Of a stretch of DNA of 64,000 nt, positions 38,340-50,709 are shown in pieces. Source of the stretch: Camelus dromedarius (Eukaryota). Numbering within the stretch: position 1 is the first letter of the stretch; the number at the start of each line of letters is the position of its first letter. The notes below the pieces were generated by a model. It saw nothing but the letters and a program-made list of their open reading frames with translations, was not told the DNA's origin and made no database searches. The stretch covers positions 116,128,001-116,192,000 of the forward strand of contig NC_087437.1 in NCBI RefSeq assembly GCF_036321535.1, written 5' to 3'. Position numbers and translations under genes: made by a program.

Positions 38340-38819
38340 GGATGGTTCATCTTATGTGTCAGCTCTGAGGGCATTTTTGGATGAGATTAACATCTGAATT
38401 GGTGAACTTTGAGGTAGGCAGATTGCTGTCCACAATGTGTGTGGGCCTCGACAATCAGGTGAAGACTTGAATAGAAGAAAAAACACTGACCTCACCAAGA
38501 AAGACAGAATTCTCTGGCAGGGTGCTTTTACACGTAACCTGCACCACTGGCTCTCTGGGTCTCCAAACGGACCTCAGGGACTTGCCAGCCTCACATCTGC
38601 CTGAGGCAGTTTCTTATCATCTCTCTCTCTCCCTTTTCTCTCTTTCTTCCCAGTCTGTCAGCCTCTGTATCCTTGCCTCTCTCTACACATGTGAATCTGT
38701 CTGTATCTACTTATATAGTACAGATATATTTTATATCTGATATCTACCATATAATGATACCTCTATCTTTATGTAGATGTATAGAGAGATACCCCATTAG
38801 GAAAACCCTGACTCATACA
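38340..38819 (+). mobile_element. ERVL solo LTR (MLT2-like)
   Basis: gatggttcatcttatgtgtca...ggatgagattaacatctgaatt...aaccctgactcataca. Confidence 0.8.
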
Positions 38820-38882
38820 ATTCCATTCATAAAATAACACTTTAAAAAAAATCCCTGTTAACTCAAATAAAAAGCTACTATG

Positions 38883-39131
38883 TTTGAGTATTGCAAATAT
38901 TAACTACTATATATATAAAATAGATTTAAAAAAAACAAATTTCTTCTGTATAGCACAGGGAACTATATTCAGTATCTTGTAGTAACCTATAATGACAAAG
39001 AATATGAAAACAAATGTATGTATGTATATATATGACTGAAACATTATGCTGTATGCCAGAAACTGACACATTATAACTGACTATACTTCAATTAAAAAAT
39101 TAAAAAATAAAAATAAAATTAAAAAAATTTT
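38883..39131 (+). mobile_element. 5'-truncated L1 3' end (cetartiodactyl/camelid type)
   Basis: ctgtatagcacagggaactatattcagtatcttgta plus A tail; TSD aaagctacta at 38871-38880 and 39132-39141. Confidence 0.9.
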
Positions 39132-40659
39132 AAAGCTACTACGGACGCCCAGGGTTGAGTCATTGACCATCACCTGTAAATGTGCTTTGCCTCAAACGTG
39201 TGGCTTCACCTTGCTCCCTTGCACAGCAAAAGACCATCTCGTTACTGGAGTGTCTGAGAGCCTCCTTGCTGGAGTCAGATTCTATGAGTTTACATCTGAA
39301 CTCTGCCACTTGGGAGCTTTGTGGGCAAACCACATAACCACCCTAAGTCTCAGTTTTCTCATCTGGAAGGTGGAGATAACAGAATACCTACCTCGTGGAA
39401 TTATTGTGAGAAATAGTGAGTTAATACGAGTAATGTTAATACAAAGTTTCTGGCACCCAGTAATTGCTTGTCTCAGTTAAGATAGACCTGGTTACACTGC
39501 AGGGATGAATACATCAATCTTGCTTAGAATTTGTTGGCTGGAAACACTGAAGGAGTCGAGTGGGCCTTGAGGGAAGCAGGAAGAAAAACCAACTATATGC
39601 CCGGAAGGAGGAGAAATGAAGTACTTGGAAAATAGAATTAATAACTTTCACATTACTATTATTAATGGTATGTATTTATTTGTATTAATGGTGGTATTCA
39701 CGTATCCATATAATTAATTGCTATTATGTAGTCAACTTCACTTTGCTTCCTTACTCAGAGTAAACACTTCTTTTGGCATTAGATTGATGCTTTCTGCAAG
39801 AAGCATCTTCTCTGTCTTACTTAGCAGAGATAATCATGGCTTATTAAGAGATGGTACAGCTCCTCCAATAGCTACAGCCCTGAGCTATGAGATCATCAGT
39901 ATCCAAGCAGAGAGACACGGTTTAGCATCTGGGGCTGATAGCAAGGAGCTTTCATATGGAAGCAATTACACCCTTGGTGGTGGTGGTGGGGAGTAGTTAA
40001 AATGCAAATATGTGGTTATTTACTAGCTCTTGGAGATCATGCCTCTTGCATTTCATTCTGAATTCCTTGCTCAATGTCTTTCAAATCTCGCCTGCTAATG
40101 TTGGCTCCTCAGAAATAATTCCACCAAGGCAGAAAATTGGCAGTCAAGTAAGTTTCATCAACCATTAGATCCCTGTATGACTTAACTTGTAATTTTCCTT
40201 TGCTCTCTGTTCTCCATTGACTTTCCATTCCCCGTTACATTACACGAGTAACACATAGCATCGATCTTGACACATGCTATACATTCACTTATCAAGGATC
40301 AATCCATTAGGTGGAGTCCTCCCATGGAAGTGTAAGCTGTGTCAATCATTTTACGAATGTTATATATGGACACACTATGGTTTGAACAACTTCTAAAAAC
40401 AAATGCACAGAGAAAATGCTTCTCAGGAACATTTAAAATAGCTTTTCCTTATTTTCTGCTGAATCCCCATCAAGTGTTTAGGTAAATTTAAGTAAGTGGT
40501 CTGTGTCCTTGACAATCTTGCAATCTTGGAATTTTCCTTTTGACTTCCTCAGTGTCTTATAAGTGTGGCTAGCTAAGGAAGAGAATATTCTGAGAAGATC
40601 AGCTAACTGTGCTTCTTGGAAGGCTCTTTGTCTCTGAAGAGAGGAGCAATGCAATACAG

Positions 40660-42680
40660 TTATGCATTCAATCAATTGTTATAGAATGCCTACTGTGGAC
40701 TAGGTGTAATTCTAAGCAGTGGGACGCAGTGGTGGACCAGCTGACCAAGCCATCTTGTGACCATTCTGATGGAAAACATAGATAATCCCAAAGAAATTTG
40801 GTAAACAATAAAATTTCAAATAGTAACAAGTATTACAAAGAAGAGTCAACAGTAAAGGGACAGAAAAGGAGTGTCTGAGGGGCATTAGATGGGGTGATCA
40901 GGGAAAACTTATCTGAGGAAGTGATTTTTGAAGACCTGAATGAAGCGGGGAGACAAGCCATAGAAAAAGCAATCTAAGCACAGGGGATATTAAATGCACA
41001 GTGGGTGGGACTTGCCTTGGCACGTTCATTACAAAGCCAGTAACCCAGTACAGCTGGAGCAGGGAGGTGGTGGAAGAACAGAGTTCATTTCGGTGGGCAA
41101 GGGTTAGCACTCAGGATCTTGTAGGCTAGTGTAAGGGGTTTGGATCTTATAATTAAAATGAGAATCCTTTGGGTGTGAAAGAGTGGGATTCAGCATATAT
41201 TTTGGAGAAAAATTCAGCCTGAATTTTTGCTGGATTGAATGTGGGACATAAGTTAAAAATGAAGAGTCAGGATGACTCCTAAATTTTTGTTCATTGCAAC
41301 TGGGTAAGTGGCGTTCTGAGCTGAGAGGATGGGGAGCTGTATCAGTGAGAGTTCATGCAGGAAAGAAAGAAACCACTCCAGGTGTTTTAAACAGAAAGAG
41401 GTTTAACATAGGGAATTGAGTGCTTACAGAAACATTGAAAGAGTTGAGGAAACACAAGTTAGGGGAGGCACCCAGTTGTATGCAGTTCTGCGGCCTCTGC
41501 TTGGTCCAGTAAATTTAGGAGCTGTTGCTTCCACTCAGAGATTAGGAAACTACAAGAAACTGGTGGTGATGGTTGCAGCCATCCCACAGCTCTGAGGAAT
41601 AATCTCAATGGACCACCAAGAGGCCACTGCAAAAACTTGTCTGCCAAAGCTCCCATGTCTAACATCGATGCCCAGGAAAGAAGAGTATGTTGTTTCCCTT
41701 CTACCTTCAAACTCTCACTCCAGTGCACGTCATTAGCAGAACACAGCTGTAGCGGGAAACTGAAAGGCAGATGAGGCTGGCAGATAACGTTCCCAGTCTT
41801 TCAGCCGATTGCCCAAACAGCACAGGAAAGAAGAAGAGGAACTGGACCTTACAAGCTGGGGGTGGGGTAGGGTGGGGCACATAATGAAACATTTTTAGAT
41901 TGTTTTGTCGTAAGTTTCCCTGTGGATACAAACACATCCAAGTAGGAAGTCTCAAGCTGGATATACAAGTCTAGAATTCAGGGGAAATGTTGAGGATAGA
42001 AATATGAATTGGGGAGCCATAAATATACAGATGGTAACTAAAGGTCTGGATCTGGAGAATATTACTTAGACGGTAAGCATAGATGGAGAAAGAAGAGGTC
42101 CAAGAACAGATCCCTACATGCTTTTAGGAAACAGATATTATGGCAACTGAGAAATGCTCCAGGATAAGGAAGTTTGAAGCTGGGGCCTGAAGCAAGCTTA
42201 AAGGAATGGCTTAGTATTCTAGTCAAGCTTATTTAGCCTACTTAGTGCTTAGAGGTCAGGAAGAGAAGCAGATAGTGAAGAGTTAGGACGAAATGAGGTC
42301 AGTGAAGCTGAGAAGGTGAGAAAATCCAGAGATGTAGTCCTCTGAAAGTCGAGTGAAAGAGGAGTGAATGAGCATCAGTGTCAAAGACTGGTAAGAATTC
42401 TAATAAGATGGAGTAAGAGAATTTAACACTGGGTTTGGTCAGCTGGAAGTTGCAGGTGATTTTAACCAGAGTGGTGTCCAAAATCCTGAATGAAATAGGT
42501 TGAAGAGAGAACGTAAAGTGAGAAAGTAGAAATTTACCCAACTCCTTGGAGTAGCTGTGATGTAATATAAAAATGGCAGAGAAACAGAGTAGAATTAGAG
42601 GGGATGCAGAATTTAGGGAAGGGATTTTTAAAGAAAGTCAATATTAAAGCAACTTTGGGTGGTGATGAGAATGAAGTCCG
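40660..42680 (-). mobile_element. L2 remnant with an old LTR inserted at ~41340-41860
   Basis: cattcaatcaat..gaatgcctactgtg..ctagg (L2 3' end, reverse complement), gagtcaggatgactcc, gctggatatacaagtctagaattcaggg. Confidence 0.7.
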
Positions 42681-45600
42681 ATCATGAAAGTCAACCTGAG
42701 GATGGAACAGCCAAGACTCGAGTTGATTGGCGGGTCATGGTCAACATGCTAGGAATCTCTATTCTGATTCCAGATTATACGTGACACTGTGATTTTTTTA
42801 AAGAAAGTCATAGACTTTGCTTTCAAAGAAATTACTGGATAGTAAAACATATGCATAAGCAAAATCAAGGTGAAATTTCTAATAAAAAGTAAACTGATCA
42901 ATATTGTATTTTATAAATTATTTCTGCAAGTGCTGGAGGCAGTGAATAAAGAATGAACTGTTAAATTCTGAAAGGAAAGGTAGAGGAATACTTTTTGAAA
43001 CCTCTTTCCTGTAAGCCTTAAAGAAAGTTAAAGACATGAATTTTCAGAGTAGTGAGAGGTGAATTCTTCAGGGAGAGGGAAGTATGTCTTAATGATGATA
43101 CGAAATGAGGAAGCAGCGAAGCACATTGGAAATACCACAAGAATTGGGATAACAGGAGCAGAGGGGCTACAGCTGGGGGCCCTGAGTCAGGGTCTTGGTT
43201 TTCACCCATTGAATAATAAGGATCCACTTAATGAGTCATAGACACTAGATTCTTGAATAGGGTGAAAATATGACTTATTTTTGCCCATGTCAGTGGATCC
43301 ATGAATTCCTTGCTCTAAAGTAATGCTGTAAGCCTTGGGAATGAAGGACGTTCTTCTGGAGTAATGAAGCCGTCCACACCAAGACCTCCATACCAGCCCA
43401 CTAGGAGTCCATTCGGGACGTGCCCTGGCTATTCCCTTGGAGCTCATTTTATTGTCTGTTCTCATTTGTTCCCGTATTTAGCATACACATACTTAATTGC
43501 AAAGCCTCCTTCAGTAAAAATTCCTATTGTATCTCATTGCACAAATATCTTCCATGGGTGCTAGACATTTTCAAAAGCTTAATAATTCTGCATCTGATTT
43601 TCATCATCTTATTGAAATAAAGACTGTATTGGCAATACTGCCTTCCCAAACAGGCTTTAAGAAATTACAATAATTTTTGCAGCTATGTTCTGAAAATCTC
43701 TCTCATCTGGATTTCCAGAAAAAAAGTTCTGCTTTCTGTGCTCTTAGGAAAACTGGAACGTTGGGGTGGGGAGAAAGTAGCTGAAACACGCTTCTAGGGT
43801 TAAGAAGGTGGAAGTTAAGACCAGGTAAGCTTGGTAAGTTTAAAGGGATAGCTTAAGTATTTCTTTCAGGATGTCACAGAAAGTGTCATTGTGATGGCCA
43901 CATTTTCTGGTGTGTCTTCACCCAGGTGGTATAGTATCCTTTGATTCCATTTTCTGTCATCCTAGGAACCCCCAAGAGACTCATGCCCCTGACCCATCAG
44001 CCCACGTCGTGGTATGTGGAATCATCCTTCTGTGTGAATTAGTGAACATGCTGTGACTTTGGAAAAAGCAGGGTTGTCCAGCTCACTGAAGAGCTCAACC
44101 AGAAGGTAACTGGTGCTCACGCTTTCTGGTTTTCTGTAAAGTAGTGGAGAATGACGTCTCCACCTTGCAGCACCTGGTGTTGCCAAACAATCATGCTTCT
44201 TTAGGCTTTTTGGAGGATGGGGTTTTTCTGGAAACTGTAATGATGAAGGGGTGGTGGGTGGCTGGTAATCCAGAGAAATACAGAAGCGGGCTCAGAGCAA
44301 GGAGATGGGAAATGCTTCGGAGGAGATAGGATAACCTCACCCAGAAAATGAACATACAGACGCAGACACACAGACACACAGACACACACACACGCACCTT
44401 GTTAAAAGCATTAAAGCAAACAGAAGCCCTTAAATCCTCAGGGCACAGAGCTCTGCAAGGGTGATTCTGTTAACTTAAAGGAAAGGCCGGTCACCTGTAA
44501 TGAGCACAGGTTAGATTGTGGTGGCGTCTCTGTTCCTGTGCTCTGCTGGTGTCTCACTGAACCTGAGGACCTTCTGCACGCCGGGCGTTTATTTCCAGTG
44601 AGCTCACACTGCTGCTCACTCACTTCTAGGAATGTTTTAATGCTGCAATTTTATTCCCTGTTCAGTGATGTAGAAAACACAGCGTTTTGAGTTTTGGTTC
44701 TCTCTTCCATCCACTCCTGGTTGTTGCTGGGAGCTTGTCTTGTCTTAATACTGGTTCTGTCGGTGGTTTAGTCACATGTCTGGAATTTAGTTCGGTCAGT
44801 CAGCAAGGTCTCCTCCAGCTTGAGGAGACATTGCATCGCACAGCCTCACTCGAGTCTGAGATGAGCTTTGCCTCCTCTCAAAGCCCGACAGCCTCTGGGC
44901 CCCCAGCAAATGTATTTGAATGAAAGACAGATCTTTCATGCTCAGGTTTTCCTTGCTCTGAAGTGCGCAGGAGACAACACCTCTCGTAACCTCCTAAGAA
45001 TTAAACCTTTGCTTGGCTCTGGCCGCCTTTGAAGCCAAGACACGGCTTTTCAAGCAGGTGGGTCTGTGTTGAGATGCCGTCATCCTTCTGGACAGTTCAC
45101 CCACTGCAGCGTTCTGCCTTGAGCTGCTGAAAGGAGCAAGACCCGCCCCCCCCCCGGGTGTATGATTTCTCTGTCGCTCCCTGAGCCCCCTGTGTCCTGT
45201 GATTGCTCCCAGTATCTCTCAGGCAGATCGTGCCTACATGCTCTCAGTCCATACGGCCTCCACCCATCCTGGAGGAGATAGACTCAGCCGGTTCTCCTTG
45301 TCATTCTCCAAGGCAGGGCTTAGCTCAGCAAGTACCCAGGTGTCCTCAGCCTCAAATATGCCTGCCTCATCAGGAGATAGTCACTGTGGCTCAGTGTCTA
45401 GCATTTTCCCTTTGAGAAGAAATTCACTCATGAAAGTAGATTTATGATGACTCTAGAGGGACCCCCGGGGTTTTACACGGGCCATCTTAGCATTTGGACT
45501 TAGCTCACACGGTTTAAGCCTCTCTGGCTACACATTCTCCAGTTTCTACACTATAGTGAATGAGACATCTCGGTCCTCACCCTTCATCAGGATGGGCTGA

Positions 45601-46511
45601 GTGAAGCACCCCATCTGACTCTCAATGGACCCTAATTATAAGCCCACGATTCAAGTCCAACAGCATGTGACCTCCACCACCCACAGGCAGACTCGGTGCA
45701 TGTTTCAGTGTGAAAATCAATGTCCACATAGACGTAGACCATCACAGGGGTTCTTGTAAGGAACTAGGTAACAACCCAATGTATGTGACCAGCAACGTGG
45801 GAAGAGAGAAAAAAGGAACATCTATCTGAGGGTGGATTTTTTTCCCTAGAAGGAAGGAGAAACCACCCTGATTGTCAAGGCAGCAGCTGCTGAAGACACG
45901 GTGCTGCAGATGACGCATCCAGAGGGAAACTGAGTCCCGGGGATTCCCGGCCGTGCACTCTAGTGCAGCCTGCAGCTCTTTTCAGGAAGAGGATGGAAAA
46001 AGCATTGGGAACGTTTGGCAAAAGGGGAACACCCTGCATCCCAGGCTGATTAGGCAAAGAGGCACCTGCAGAAGCCCAGGAAGTGCAGCCTGCCCCTCTC
46101 CCTGTGATGCCCTGAGAGCAGTGGGCTCCATCCCATTCCATCCCTTTCTGGTTGTTTTACTGAGCACTGGGAAAAGGTATGAGCGACGGGGTTAGGGCAG
46201 GCTTGCTTCGAATCCTGGCTTTGCCAGTTACCAGTGTAGTGACTTTAGACCAATGACTTTACACTTCCACTGCCCAGTGGTAGAACAGGGTACTAATAGT
46301 ACCTCTTGTCGTTTTTTTAGGATTTAATGAGAAATCCAGGGGATTTCGTATGGCAAATCGGTGAAGTTCCCTCCACTCCCAGTCTCGGGCCTCAGTCCCT
46401 GGTGATCTCACATGCAAATGAGGGCACAGCACGAATTCCTGAATTCAAGGCACAGAGTTGATCAGATCTGTTTCTGAGCCCATCCACCTCCTGGATGAGG
46501 GATGGTCCTTT

Positions 46512-46530
46512 CAGCCACTAGGGGGCACCA
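46512..46530 (+). promoter_or_regulatory. CTCF motif (forward)
   Basis: cagCCACTAGGGGGCAcca, near-consensus CCASYAGRKGGCR. Confidence 0.65.
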
Positions 46531-49500
46531 ATTACATGGGAAAGAAGGAGTTGAATTTTGAAGGCTGGGTCTGTTGCCCTGCAATGAATATCATTTAACT
46601 AATTATTTTTGTGGAGCAAGGTTTGGACATGGTTGATGCAGAAAGGTGCTGACTATTTCTTCTGGGGAAGGTGGTGACCCTTTCATGTTGTTTGAAGAGT
46701 TTTCTTAGATTCCTCCCAGGTAACTCACCAACTATTGTGGACGCACACTTAAAAAAAGATTTAGCCCCCTTTACTTTCAGTCCTTTTTCTTCTATGTGAA
46801 ACGTTTCAGACTTTTAGAAACAATCAAGTTTATGTCACACCTTTCAATCTGAAGCCATATGTTTTCTTAGCCTTTTAAATGTGGCTCGTAAATGGACACA
46901 GTGTAATGGTCCAGAGATATCTAAGAAACCATATGGTTTTTCTTAGCAGAATTAGCCTTTTATTGCATTTGAAGGTAACTAAGTCCTGGGAAACATGAGT
47001 TGCAATGGGCTTCTGGAATCCACAGCAAGTGAAAGCCAGGGAGAGGTAAAGCAAATATACCTGACTAGGGCAGAGCGCAAAATATGGTCCAGCTAGGACA
47101 GCCGTTTCTCAGAGGGGAAAAACTGATGCTCCCCAGCACCGCTGGGCAAAGGAGTCTGTAGGATTTCTTGGGCATTGATCAAACCTCTTCCAGTGTAGCC
47201 AGGCATTTTCTGCTTCAAAATTCCCTGGGTGTTCGCCAAAACTCCAGCTTCTGGGCCCTACCTCAGAGCTCCCAAATTAGACTCTGCTGATGTACAGCCC
47301 AGGAATGTGCAACAAATTCCCAGGTGACTTCACATCCCTGAAATCTAAGAACCACAGCTTTAGAAGATAATAGTAATTCTAACTCCTCTGACTATGGGAA
47401 TACATTTAAGGATGTTTCCTTAGGACCTTTGTCCCAGCAAGTTGCAACCACCTAGAAGAATCCTTAAACCATCTTACTGCTGTGAAAAGTCCAATCCAAC
47501 AGCAAAGCCCCAAATGACCAGAACTGTTGGCCCTGAGACTCCTCACCCGCAGAATCACACACGCTGTCTGACACACTCTGCCACAGGGGGTCCCTTGGAC
47601 TTGTGACTCTCCAGTTTGTGTTCTGAAGGGCTCTGAGCCATAGGCTGGCATCCGTGACTGTGCCTGTGACAAGAGGTGTCTCAATGACAAGACGCTACAG
47701 TTCCAAGGAGCCGGAGAGGGTGAGGAGCGGTAGTGGCGGGGGTGCCGTGGAACCGCCTCCGCAGCATCCGGTAGGCAAGGACCCAGGGCACAGAGGACAC
47801 GGCGCCCTGTGCTGCTCTTCAAACTCTTGAAACACAAGGTGAAGGCTGACAGGCTAAATCCAGATCATTCCAATTATAAGGAAACGGAAATGGAACGCTA
47901 GGTTGGAAATTGGTTTTCAAACACCCTGTGTCCATTTCTGCTTCTGGAAACCACTTCTAGGTGAACCTTGGACTCAGTTCATCTTCCCTTTAGCCACACT
48001 GTCTGGTTTCCAAGCAGTACAGAGACCAGGGACTATTTCACTGGACACGCCTCCCACGTGGCGGCAAAAACAGAAAAGCCAACTACCCATCAAACACTCA
48101 GGGCCTTGGAGAATTAACACACTGCACACTTCCCGCTAAAGCTGTATCTAGGAGAAAAATCTCTTTTAGTGCATCCAGCCAATGCTCAGATTTAGTCTTT
48201 ATTGAGAGAAAATCAGTAACAGATCTGACCAAAATCTGAAAATTGTGAGTGAACAGTAAAGAACGTACCCTCGGGGTGAGTCTCTTGCTCACAGGTAATT
48301 CACTCCACTCCTAAGGTAAGGAGCTTGTTTTCAGGTGTGCGGCTTGGGAGGACGCAGGGCAGGCTTCATTGGTGTGCATCCTGTGCAGCCACACAGGACC
48401 CCGAGCTTGGTTTAATGTTCTGCGGCCGCCATCTTGGAAATTCTTCATACTTTTTGAACAAGGGGTCCTGAGTTTAAATTTTGCATTGGGCCCCCCAGAT
48501 TCCATATCATTCCTAGCAGAATGACTGCAGGGCAGGTGGGGAAAGCTCAGGATTTAAAATCAGGCAGACCTGGATCAAATTCTGACCTCCCACTCAGCCA
48601 CCTCAGACAAGTGTTAATATCCTCTTAGCCTGAGTTCTCCTATGCGCAAAACAGAAACACTAAACCTTCTTTGTGGGGCTGTTGTATAGATTTGCTGTAT
48701 AGCCTGAGTGAGCTCCCCTAGCCTGTGCCTGGCCTTGGTCCTGGCACCAACCCAATCAACACAAATAATTCGTCCCCCTAAATGATGTAAATAATTGCAC
48801 CCAGTTCTTGAAATACATGGTGTATATAATTTAACAGGACAAAATGTGTTTCTTGAGTGACTTTCACATCTACTACCCAAAATCCATGTTTATAAGGTAT
48901 TATCTTTGCTAAATTATAATTCTGAGGAAGCCAATTAAATGACTCTGAGTGATGAATCAAAGTCTTGTCCTAACACCCAACAGGCATTTCTCACCGAAAA
49001 CTGTGTCGTCTTCTGTGATGTCTGGAGGCTGAGCCTGGTCCAGTCTCCTAATAGCCAAGAACAAATGTGTTTTGGATAAATTAGTAAAGAGTAAAGGGAC
49101 CCCTTGGGGACGGAAGCATTTCCTACACTTTGCTTTAGCTTATAGGTGCTCATTTACCAGGAAAAGTTGTTAAGAGATGGGGGCCTTGGCCTTGGCTTCC
49201 TTACTCACTAGTGATCTTGACCAGTTCCTTACACATTTGAGCTTCAAGTTCTTCATCTGTAAAACGGAAGGTGTCAGAGTTGTGAAACCTCCTTCATAAG
49301 ATGGGGAGGAAGAGTGAACTTGTAACAGGTGACAATTTTTGTGCACTGTGAAATGGTTTGCAAATGCGAGGTGTTGCCTCTCTGCACTGTTGTTAATCCA
49401 GGGACTCCGCACATACGACCAGAGAATCCCAGCTCCCCAGGGGTAACAAACACTCAGCCTCTGTTTCAACCTCAGGACTTGCCTCTGTGCTAGCTGGCAC

Positions 49501-49889
49501 TCTGACTCTGTGAGGGAAGAATAGGGTTTGGGGCATGTCCCAAACACAGTTGTCCAGAGTCTTTCCCCCGAGAGCTCCTTGCAGGACGAGTGCATCACCA
49601 GGGCAGGCGCTGGGCGTGTGAGGCTGGCACTGAGACGGGGCCTGCGCTGGTCTGTTCGGCAGATTTGTTCCACCTGCTCATCCGACCGCTTTGGCTTCCC
49701 TGCGCACTGGTGCAGGCAGTGCTCCCCAGATGGGTAACACGGAGGGAGCCTGAGGAAGGTGAGCAGCTGGTTCTTATCTGGTTCTTCAGCAAATGACCTT
49801 CCTCCTTTGGGCCGCTCTGCAGGGTTCTCTGTAGATGTAACGAACTTGGAGGCAACATAATTGACCCGAGACTGACTAGGGCCCTTGCT

Positions 49890-50010
49890 TCTCTTCTTTC
49901 TTCTTCCTCTTCTTTCTCTCCTCTTCCTTTTCCTTTCTCTTATTTGTCTTCTTCATCTTCTTTGTTCCCTCCTCCTCCTTCCCCCTCTCACCTTCTCCCT
50001 CCTTCTTTTT
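49890..50010 (+). repeat. Polypyrimidine (CT-rich) low-complexity tract
   Basis: Directly visible. Confidence 0.85.
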
Positions 50011-50123
50011 ACTTAACGATTTGAGGATCTATTCTTTTAGGACAATTTCATTGTCTCAATGTGTGACCACGGTTTACAAAGTATAAATGAAACGAAAACC
50101 TACAGCTTAAAGCCCTGTTCTTA

Positions 50124-50709
50124 TGAAGTGGGAGGAAAGGGGCAGGGCACAGCCACTGGAGGACTGACACAGCCACAGAGGGCAGGACACAGCGGTTAGA
50201 ACCAAGGGGGCGGAAGGTCTGGCTTCCAGGGGACCTTCAGCCTCACGGCACACCCACGGGCGCCAGGACAGCTCCCAGGCTGACCATAAAAAGCGAAAAG
50301 TGGGCCAGGGGTGTTTCCTGAAAATCCTCACCCCTTCCCCAAAGTAGTTGGAATAATCTTCCTACTCATTAGAATGTGAAATTAGCCGGTCCACAAAACC
50401 TAGTAACTCCGCACCTCGTTGTCACTCTCTTGCCTTCTGAGATGGCCTGCTCTCTGTCCATGGAGGGTGTGTCTACTTTTACTTGAAACTAAACACCCCA
50501 CACCTCGGCTTCTCTCCCTCTCACCTTCCTGAGATGGCCCACATTCTGCCTGTGGAGCGTGTGTCTCCTAAGCCATCTTCCCTTCTGAGTGAGACAGACC
50601 TGGCTCTGGCCACGGAGTGTGCGTCTCCTAAATAACCTTACTTTCACTTTACCACGCCTTGCTCTTGAACTCTTTCCTGGGTGAGGCAAGGACTTATTCT
50701 CCCACAACA
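50124..50709 (+). mobile_element. ERV1-class solo LTR with internal triplicated unit
   Basis: TG...CA ends; 4-bp TSD CTTA (50120-50123 and 50710-50713); three copies of a ccttc(c)tgag..tggag.gtg.gtct unit. Confidence 0.85.
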
